Counted from the stretch's first letter, positions 1 to 7,203 are shown. The stretch: DNA of 9,489 bases from Octopus sinensis (GCF_006345805.1 NW_021827925.1:1-9489), one strand, 5' to 3'. Made by a program: numbers and translations. Notes: generated from the sequence alone by a model not told the origin.

Positions 1-2
1 AA

Positions 3-341
3 GGTTTTTGCAATATTTCCGCCCACTTTTAACCAAAAGCGCTGGGTTTTAATCTCTAGCGAGATAAATTCGCATAGGTTCCGTTCGATAGTCTTGAGGT
101 TACGTGTCTTGAGATTTTGCAGGTAGTAGATAGTCGTCCCAGTCCCAGGCGTAGAGTTATTTCTCCATTTCAGGTCAAGGGAGCAGTATCCTGGCAATTC
201 GAAGCATTGACCTTCTTTCAGCTTAGACTCGTTGACGACGATTAAGTCAGGATGGCCGCTGTTTACCATCTCAACGAAGTCGAGGTGCCGTCTCTTGACA
301 GATCGGGCATTCACAGCGATGATTTTTAGTGGCGTGGTCAT
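3..341 (-). CDS. ORF2 of element B, N-terminal APE-like endonuclease (partial, open at window edge)
   Basis: Not in the ORF track. Manual translation from ATG at 341 gives MTTPLKIIAVNARSVKRRHLDFVEMVNSGHPDLIVVNESKLKEG...PGTGTTIYY. This matches APE motifs and parallels element A ORF2 (LNIISVNARS...DILVVNETK...GTGTSLFY). Confidence 0.9.
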   Translation of the reverse strand, partial: MTTPLKIIAVNARSVKRRHLDFVEMVNSGHPDLIVVNESKLKEGQCFELPGYCSLDLKWRNNSTPGTGTTIYYLQNLKTRNLKTIERNLCEFISLEIKTQRFWLKVGGNIAKT

Positions 342-350
342 TTTGCTGGC

Positions 351-373
351 GAGCTCCTCTCTGATAGGAGCTC
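351..373 (-). promoter_or_regulatory. Perfect 8-bp hairpin in the ORF1-ORF2 spacer of element B
   Basis: GAGCTCCT-N7-AGGAGCTC lies 2 nt after the ORF1 stop and 9 nt before the ORF2 ATG. Any function is inferred. Confidence 0.45.
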
Positions 374-375
374 TT

Positions 376-1710
376 CTAGCTTCTTGGGTTTGACTCCAGT
401 TTCAGCAGTGCGTCGACACAGCGTTGGTAAAATTCCAACAGAGCATCCTTGTTGTGAGAGTCTACCTTCGCCTGCGTTTTGGCCTGCTGAGTACCGTTCC
501 TTATTGGGCTGACGGGCCTCGGTTTCACAGCCTCGGCGACAGGGGCCTGCATGCTCTGCGCACCAACCTCAACGACTTGCGTCGTCTGGGTATGGGCGTC
601 CGCCACACACGGGGTTATTAGCGGTCCGTACTTTCCAGATAGGCGTGACCGGCTTAGCTTTTACCATTACCATGCGGGTTGGGTTAGGAGACCGAGGCAT
701 TGCTTCTGCGCGGGCGGCCCATTTAGCTGCTGTTGCAGCTTTGGCCGTCGGGCATCCACCATACGAAGCGAGGTGGCCGGGGCGGTCACAATTGATACAA
801 TGCCGACCGCAGGGCTCCACTAGACTTTGTTTGCTGCCTGGGCATTCCCTTCGGTCGTGGTCCTTGCCGCAGTATAAGCACCGGCTTTTTCTTGACAGTT
901 ACGGGACAGGTGTCCGAATCTCTGACAATGGAAACATCGGACGACAGGAGGTCTGAACCATTCACAGGTGATAAGGCAGAAACCAGCTGTGATTCCGGTG
1001 CGGATCAAAGAAGTAGCTTCAGCTCGTGAGTCAAGCGTCAGCTTAGCAACTGGGATGTTGAGACCATCTCGCGTGAATCGCTCGAGAACGAACACCGAAC
1101 TGAGGGTTTCCTTCAGGTGCAGCTCTAGGTCCCGATTGGAGATCCATCGCGGAATCCCCTTTAGGACTAGTGCTGACTTTTGCGGAGTAACTAAGGCAAG
1201 TTTATGGCCGCCTTCGCCAAACGGGTTCAATCTTGCAAGCTCAGCCGAGAATGCATCAGCATCTCCGGGGCTCCTGAACTCAAGAGTGAAGGAGCCTGAG
1301 CGTTGTAATGTAATCCGTGCTTTGGAGGCTGTTGGCGACTTGGATAGGAGGTTAAACCTCTTGATCTTTCCAAGTGCCGGGTTATTAATGCTCAGAGTGA
1401 ATGTGAGGCCTGAGCTGTTAAGGTCAGACCTCGGGGGTTCGGTGGATTCTTCAACTTTGGAGGGCTCTCCTTGAACCATCTGGACCGTCGGAGCACCTCC
1501 ACTTCGACATAGATTTCTTATTGCAGACAATTGTTCGGTGGAATCTTCTTCAACTTTGATGGAAACATGTTGAACCGTCTGATCCGTCAGAACACTCCCA
1601 CTTCGACATAGGTTTCTAATTGTAGACAATTGTTTCCTTGGAACTTTTGTTCTTTTTTGTCCTTCAGTGTTTGCTTTTGCGTTTTCTTTTGAGTTTTTCT
1701 TAGGTGCCAT
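376..1710 (-). CDS. ORF1 (Gag-like nucleic-acid chaperone) of element B, frameshifted; N-terminus carries histone-like segments
   Basis: Starts MAPKK at 1710. Joining track ORFs 820-1761, 569-820 and 376-606 across indels near 860 and 600 gives knuckles CFHCQRFGHLSRNC, CLYCGKDHDRREC and CINCDRPGHLASYGGC (CX2CX4HX4C / CX2CX3HX4C / CX2CX4HX6C). This spacing is typical of Jockey/R1/I-type ORF1. Confidence 0.88.
1441..1635 (-). repeat. In-frame tandem duplication (33 aa + 32 aa) in element B ORF1
   Basis: KQLSTIRNLCRSGSVLTDQTVQHVSIKVEEDST followed by EQLSAIRNLCRSGGAPTVQMVQGEPSKVEEST. Shared DNA blocks include CCACTTCGACATAG and GACAATTGTT. Confidence 0.9.
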
Positions 1711-1732
1711 TATCAACCACAAATTCCAAAAA

Positions 1733-1764
1733 TTGAAGTTTTGAAGTTTTGAAGTTTGCAAGTT
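1733..1764. repeat. 8-bp tandem repeat (TTGAAGTT)x3 plus one degenerate unit in the element B leader
   Basis: Direct reading: ttgaagtt ttgaagtt ttgaagtt tgcaagtt. Confidence 0.8.
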
Positions 1765-1780
1765 TTTCGGGGAAAAAAAA

Positions 1781-1786
1781 TTTATT
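1781..1786 (-). terminator. AATAAA poly(A)-signal-like 3' end of element A1
   Basis: TTTATT on the + strand at the end of an AT-rich tail. The same motif ends the A2 3' fragment at 6798-6803. Confidence 0.55.
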
Positions 1787-1817
1787 AGTTAAGGGAGTTA
1801 AAAACTAACTAAACAGT

Positions 1818-1847
1818 AGACCTTCGGCATCGCTGCCTTTTCAGTCT
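1818..1847 (-). promoter_or_regulatory. Putative 3' stem-loop of element A1
   Basis: AGAC-TGAAAA-GGCA-GCGA-TGCC-GAAG-GTCT, conserved in the A2 3' end although the flanks diverge. Confidence 0.5.
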
Positions 1848-1866
1848 CCATCTCACACACGCCTCC

Positions 1867-4497
1867 CTACACACACCACAGGTTAAGACTTACCGCCTTA
1901 CCTGCCTCCAGAATAATCTTCTCTATTCGGACCTCAGAGAGGCCTTTGAGAGATGATTCCTGGGCGTCGGAGAGCTCAGTCCGGAATCCTAAGCCATAGG
2001 CTAGCCTTATGGCTCGTCTTCTTACTTTTTTAAGCACGTCAACATGCTTATCCCTGTCCTCATAGAGGTACCAAGCGTGGACGCCATAGGTCAAGACGGG
2101 TAACACCATGGCGTTAAACACGCGGAACCAGGCACCTCTGCTCAAGCGGAAAGCACGCAACGCACCTAATCGCTGCATTGCACGCATTTTCGTACGTGCA
2201 ATGTGATCATCAAACTTACCGGACGGCTTAAAGAGCACGCCCAAATAAGTCATCCGATCAACTGCAGCGATTGCTGACCCGCTCAGCAATAACCTAGGAA
2301 CAAAATTAGTGTAACCCCTCGTCCTTTTACAGACTTTAAGGACACTGCACTTGTCCGCGCACATTCTCAGACCCCTACTCCCACACCAGTTTGCAAGTCC
2401 ATCCACAGCAACCTGAAGCCTACGACACGCACACTCCGGTTTCATTGAGTGATCCCAGAGGATAATGTCGTCTGCATAGATTACCATTTCAGTACGAGCA
2501 TTGACTGGCATAGGCGCAGTGGCCATAAACACATTGAATAGTGTCGGACTGAGCACAGAGCCCTGAGGGACCCCGCGAAGGACTGTTGCGACTTTAGAAA
2601 AGACCCCCTGATGCCGCACGACCTGCCTGCGAGATTCAAGAAACCCCGACAGCCAGCGCCTTAGACACGGAGAAACCCCACACGTGGCAAGGGAACTCCG
2701 GAGGCCGTCGTGCCACACCGAGTCGAAGGCCTTTTCAATGTCGAGACTAACTAAAATACCGCATTCCCTTTTCTGGAGGGCGTTCTTCATACCAGACGAC
2801 ACCTTGTGAAGGCAGTCCCCGCATGAGCGGCCCTCCTGAAGCCCCATTGGAACTCAGGGAGGGCGTCTGCAACCATCAGCTCCTCCAGGAGCCTTGGTGC
2901 ATAATTCTTTCTAGGATTTTAGATATCGCGGGGAGCAAGGAAATGGGCCTATATCCCCCGGGGACATCATGTGGCTTCCGGGCTTTCCGATAAGGATTAC
3001 CTCAGCCACTTTCCACCTGGAGGGAATCATCCCAAGTCGCAAGCTCCCGTTAAATAAAACCTTTAGTGCAGTGATTAACCGCGGCGGGGCCTTCTTAAAG
3101 ATGGCCATCGGGATCCGATCCAAACCCGCCGCGGTGTTCTTACTTCGGGAGATTGCTGCCAGAATCTCCGCTTCAGTAATTTCGCCTGCATCGTTCCTTG
3201 ATATGCCCAGCTGGCAGCGCTTGTCCCACGACAATATCTGCTGGACAGTATCAAAGGACGATGTCTCTACGAACTGACTTCCGTCAGTTCCCGAGATGCC
3301 ATTGAGATGGGCTGAAAGTATTTCAACCACCTCAACCGGGTCCGAAGCGAGGGTTCCATCAGAGCGTTTAAGGCGCACTGACTTAGCCCCCCTTCTCCCG
3401 ACAGGCTCTTCAACTGCTTCCAGAAGTCCGGAAAGCGAGGGTCCACCCTTCGGCAGGCCCTCTCCCACCGCGAACTTTCGAGTTCGCGGATTTCTCTTCG
3501 GATCTCCCTCTGAAGCCGGCTAATCCAGCCACGAAACCAAACACGGTTCTCCTCGTAAACGCATTTGTCCCGTAGTCTGGATAGCCGGCGCTTGAACCTA
3601 ATTTTATTTAAGATCCGGTGAGGGAGCGTGGAATGTGCCTGACCCTGCACTGAGTTTGTTTGAAATTATCTCGCATGTAATCAGTCAGGGCAGCATTGAT
3701 TCCATTATCAAGCGCCTCCAACTCACGTATGTTGGCGCAGGTATTCCCCACCAGAAGTGAGGGCAACCTGCTGGCCATGAAACTCTCCAGGTTAGCCCAG
3801 GAACCCACCCGGAGGTCAAAGTATCCTGGGACCCTTTGAGGAACTGGCTCACGGAGTTCGTGCAATAGAGGCAGATGGTCGCTCCCAATATCGGACAATA
3901 AAATAGTTTTACTAACCCAATTTAGAAGACCGGGACTGACCAGAGCAAGCCCTAGCCAGTCACGTCCTCCCCTCGCGTCGACGTGGTTTGGCTCGCTCGA
4001 AGTCCGGATTTCCAGCCCGAGGTCTTCAACCAGCGTCTTCAGAGCCAAACCATGCGAGTTGGTTACCCTGAAACCAAGATCTTGATGCTTGGCATTCAGG
4101 TCCCCAACAACCATGGCCTTCGGATGCTTTTCAAAGAACTCCGTACGTGCCAGGAGCACGCCGTAAAGTTCTTCGAGTACATCCCACCTAGGTAAAATGT
4201 TAACTCGCCTATGCGAATTCTCACTTGGAGGAATTTCACACAGCTACATGAACATATACCTGGACTCTGCAAGGCAAGGTAGGGCTTGTAGAAGAGGCTA
4301 GTTCCTGTGCCACATATTGACCCCTGTTTCCAGGGTATGTGACGACAGTTGTAGCCATCAACTACGTACGGACCCCCCTTTACCTTCGTTTCGTTGACCA
4401 CCAGAATGTCCGCACTCGTGGTGGCCAACATCCTCTGAACGGCGTCCCTTTTTCCTTCCAAGGAACGCGCGTTCACCGATATGATGTTGAGCATCAT
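1867..4497 (-). CDS. ORF2 of element A1: APE endonuclease plus reverse transcriptase, broken by several single-base indels
   Basis: APE motifs SVNARS, VVNETK, VVGDLNAKH and SDHLPL. RT motifs AGLDRIP, WKVAEVILIGKP, (Y)RPISLLPAISKILE, QWGFR, LDIEKAFDSVWH, GVPQGSVLSPTLF, YADD (2478-2467) and YLGV. No RNase H domain was recognised. Confidence 0.95.
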
Positions 4498-6315
4498 ATC
4501 GGTTCTTCGCCAAGGATCTTCTTGGCCTCGGCAACGTTGCAGTGTAGCATTTCCTCTACACTGCAATTCATCTCCCTACAAAATTTTAATAGGGAAACGC
4601 ATAATTGCACCGCAGGACTAATACTGTCCTGCGGTACACGCTCGCCAGGGGCTGAGTGCAATGGCATCTCCACGTATGGAGGACGCTTTTCAGCCCCAGG
4701 TTGTGCGGACGGCGCCGCCGTTAGCCGCCTCAGAAGGCATTGCCGGCTTAGGCAACCAAGCGGACTCGGAAGCTTTCACCTGCTTTGCCAACTTTGTCGG
4801 CGAAGGCTGCACCGACCCACACGTAGCATGGCTCACAGGTTCCACTGTCTTCGCCACCCAAACGGATTTGGAAGGTTTGGCCAGTATCGCCTGCTTGCCA
4901 GGTTTTGGCGCAGGGCGCGCGACGCGACGCGGGCGACTTACTGTTGGGATTACATCCCCACCTACCTTCGGGTTGCCTCCTTGAACTTGGGCAACCTCTG
5001 AAGTTGGCAGTGTGTCCCAACTTACCACAGTTGACACCACTGCCTCTCCTTGGATGGTGAGGGGCACGTCTTGCGACCATGCTCCCCACCGCAAATAAGG
5101 CACTTCGCCTTATCCGGGCACTTTGTGGAGATGTGCCCGAACCCCTGACACCGAAAGCATTGGGTGGCTTTCGGGCGGGGCCAGGCAGCTCTCATCCTAA
5201 TGTAGCCGATCCTGGTACCAAGAAGTACCAGGCGCTCAGCTTCTGCAGGAGATCCCAGTGTAATCTCCACCACTTCAAGAGGGCGATTACCCTGCTTGAA
5301 GCGTGCAATGGCAGAGCAACTGGGGTACTCCTGCTGCAGGTGACCTAGGAGGTCATTATCCTCGAAGTCCCGAGGAACCCCGAGGAGGAGGACACTTACC
5401 TTACTTACCTTACGTTCGATCCTGACAAGGCGATGCATGCCAGGACCGAACGGATTTGACTTCTCCAGCTCCCCTTTGAAGCTGGAGAAGTCATCCTCCT
5501 TCTCCCACCCAAGCAGGAATTGGGTAGGCTCCCTCTTCAGGACTCTGTACAGCTTTGAAGGCTGGATAGAGTCTAACGTACCTAAGATCTTTATGACCGA
5601 GGCCTTCCCACTTGTAGGGAGGACCTCAAGTCGTGCCACAGCACCGAAGGTAATTCTGCCCCCGGCGCCAGTGGTCTTCTTTGGGTGTGCATCCACCTGA
5701 TCGGACACACACCCAGTACCTAAAAACATGGGGGGTTGGACGGCCAGCCGCACGTTTGGGTTTCCCCACCGTGTACCAACCGTCCTCAAGGGCAACCTTA
5801 TTTCCTGCCGTACCCACCGGGACGGCCTCAGGAGACGACACCCTGTTGGCATTAATTGACTTACCTAGGCTGGGTTTGGTACCACTAGACAAACCGCAAA
5901 CACGTGGCGAACCAGCATGCTGTGCGGTTGTGGTGGATACCAAACGATCAGAACCAGTTGCACCTGCAGCTCCCCCGACACCAGCCATAGGGGGAGCAGA
6001 GGAAGAAGTGTCTCCAGTGAGTGCTGAACCCACCTGGGAGGGTCCAGGCTTCGACTTCTCCTTCCTGCTTTCGCCTAGAAAATTAAAGACACCACTAGAA
6101 TAGCCGGAAGCGCGTGGCGGTGAACCACGGCTCCGGCAATTCATCGTAGTGGCACACTGAACCGTCTTGTCCTTCTGGGAGAGCGAGGCGGGAACACCTC
6201 CACTTCTGCATAGTCTTCTTAGTGCAGACAGCTTGCGAGCAGATTTTGCAGACAACTGTTTCCTTGGTACTTTTGCACCAGTAGATTTTCGAGCCGTTTG
6301 TTTTGTTCTAGCCAT
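4494..6315 (-). CDS. ORF1 (Gag-like) of element A1 with an N-terminal histone H3 tail; frameshifted
   Basis: Starts [28 protein letters not shown]. Knuckles are [27 protein letters not shown] and [16 protein letters not shown]. The manually read C-terminus ...[41 protein letters not shown] ends at TGA 4496-4494. Confidence 0.88.
6232..6315 (-). other. H3: Histone H3 N-terminal tail (residues 1-27) in frame with ORF1
   Basis: 22/27 identical to canonical [27 protein letters not shown]. No H3 histone fold follows. Confidence 0.95.
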
Positions 6316-6321
6316 ATTTTA

Positions 6322-6519
6322 TTATTTCCCGGTCAAAAGAATAGCTTGCGTGTTGCCGCGCATGATTGTACCAGAGATCCTCTGTCTTAGCCAAGAAGAT
6401 TCGCTTGCATCCATGTTTCTCCGAGCGATAAGGAGGCAGACGTGTTTTAAGAACTTGGATGTTTGCGGGACAAAGGCTGCGGAGATCTCGAATGCCAAAG
6501 GGACAATTACTAGTTGCAT
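6322..6519 (-). other. 65-aa ORF of unknown status in the spacer between the H2B fragment and the H3-tail ATG
   Basis: Open and identical in both copies, ATG-initiated, and stops 6 nt before ORF1. It has only a weak resemblance to the H3 histone fold. Confidence 0.25.
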
Positions 6520-6578
6520 TTGGATTGTTGAAATAGTTATTTAAAGAACAAATAAATAAAACAATTATTTTTAAAGTG

Positions 6579-6795
6579 TTATTTGTATTCTGTACTTAGT
6601 AACTGCCTTTGCACCCTCTGTATAGCATGTTTTGTTAATTCACCGGGAAGAATCAGACGAACTGCAGTCTGTATTTCACGTGAGGTAATGGTAGCCTTCG
6701 AATTCTGATAGACTAGATTTGATGCCTCGGTTTTTATTTTGTCATAAACATCAAATGTGAAACTGTCCATAGCCATCATAGCCTTCTTTGGAAAT
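6579..6795 (-). pseudogene. H2B: 5'-truncated histone H2B (C-terminal half), divergent
   Basis: IS(KK)[49 protein letters not shown] matches H2B helices 2-3. The N-terminal half is absent, and homology starts right at the A-tail of the upstream element. Confidence 0.92.
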
Positions 6796-6797
6796 TT

Positions 6798-6803
6798 TTT
6801 ATT
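6798..6803 (-). terminator. AATAAA poly(A)-signal-like 3' end of unit A2
   Basis: Minus strand reads ...TTATTAAATAAAAAA|TTTCC, joined directly to H2B sequence. Confidence 0.55.
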
Positions 6804-6844
6804 TAATAATTAATTAGAGAGGCTGTTAGTGAGGTAACATAAGG

Positions 6845-6874
6845 AGACCTTCGGCATTCCTGCCTTTTCGGTCC
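6845..6874 (-). promoter_or_regulatory. Putative 3' stem-loop of unit A2
   Basis: GGAC-CGAAAA-GGCA-GGAA-TGCC-GAAG-GTCT has the same fold as 1818-1847 with a different GNRA loop. Confidence 0.5.
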
Positions 6875-6915
6875 AGCACACACGCTCGCCTCTCTACACA
6901 ACCACAGGTTAGGAC

Positions 6916-7203
6916 TTACCGTCTTACCTGCCACCCAGTCATTATCTTCTCTAGGACCTCAGGGAGGCCTTTGAGGGACAATTCCTGGGCGTTGGAGAGC
7001 TCATCACGCCATCCTAAGCCATAGGCTAGCCGGATGGCTCGTCTTCTTACTTTCTTAAGCGCGTCAACGTGCTTTTCCCTGTCCTCGCAGAAGTGCCAAG
7101 CGTGCACGCCATAGGTTAACACGGGTAACACCATGGCGTTGAACACAGGGAACCAGGCACCTCTCCTCAAGTGGAAAGCACGCAACGCGCCTAATCGCTG
7201 CAT
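6916..7203 (-). pseudogene. C-terminal (post-RT) remnant of ORF2 from a sister subfamily
   Basis: [18 protein letters not shown]... aligns to the A1 ORF2 end with 13 differences in 83 aa and many synonymous changes. Confidence 0.9.

Larger units (their letters stand above)
1..1780 (-). mobile_element. Non-LTR retrotransposon family B, 5' part (short leader, ORF1, spacer, start of ORF2); runs off the window
   Basis: ORF1 with three CCHC knuckles is followed after 34 nt by an APE-endonuclease start. ORF1 is clearly homologous to, but far diverged from, family A ORF1 (e.g. ELARLNPFGEGGHKL vs [15 protein letters not shown]). Confidence 0.9.
1781..6795 (-). mobile_element. Full-length non-LTR retrotransposon, family A copy 1 (Jockey/I-group-like), with histone-derived 5' module
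   Basis: ORF1 (6315-4494) overlaps ORF2 (4497-1867) and is followed by a short 3' region ending in AATAAA. The 5' boundary is uncertain; the H2B fragment and spacer are included because they are repeated with ORF1. Confidence 0.85.

Noticed and set aside
1711-1761. ORF-track N-terminal extensions (MQTSK... at 1761; MQCRGN... at 4566 and 7269)
   Set aside because: These rely on alternative starts or lie within the leader or ORF1 tail. Homology supports starts at 1710, 4497 and 7203.
1818-1847. Hammerhead ribozyme core (CUGAAAAG...CGAAG)
   Set aside because: It lacks G8 and A15.1, the second copy has CCGA instead of CUGA, and there is no third helix or cleavage triplet.
4516-6400. 11-nt complementarity between the leader (6390-6400) and the ORF1 3' end (4516-4526)
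   Set aside because: A match of this length between a 200-nt and a 2-kb region has roughly a 1-in-10 chance expectation, and there is no independent support.
6395-6445. Canonical HDV-like ribozyme (GCCUCCU..UCGCU and GCGAAU resemble L3 and J4/2)
   Set aside because: I could not build P2, P3, P1.1 (GG) or P4 with the correct geometry.
6484-6525. + strand resemblance to the 5S rRNA internal region (GATCTCG...AGGG...TAGT...TTGGAT)
   Set aside because: The match is patchy, with no 5' half and no terminal helix, so it is probably chance.
6232-6795. A normal H2B-H3 histone gene cluster
   Set aside because: H2B lacks its 5' half, H3 has no fold and runs into ORF1, and no histone 3' stem-loop (GGCTCTTTTCAGAGCC type) follows the H2B stop.
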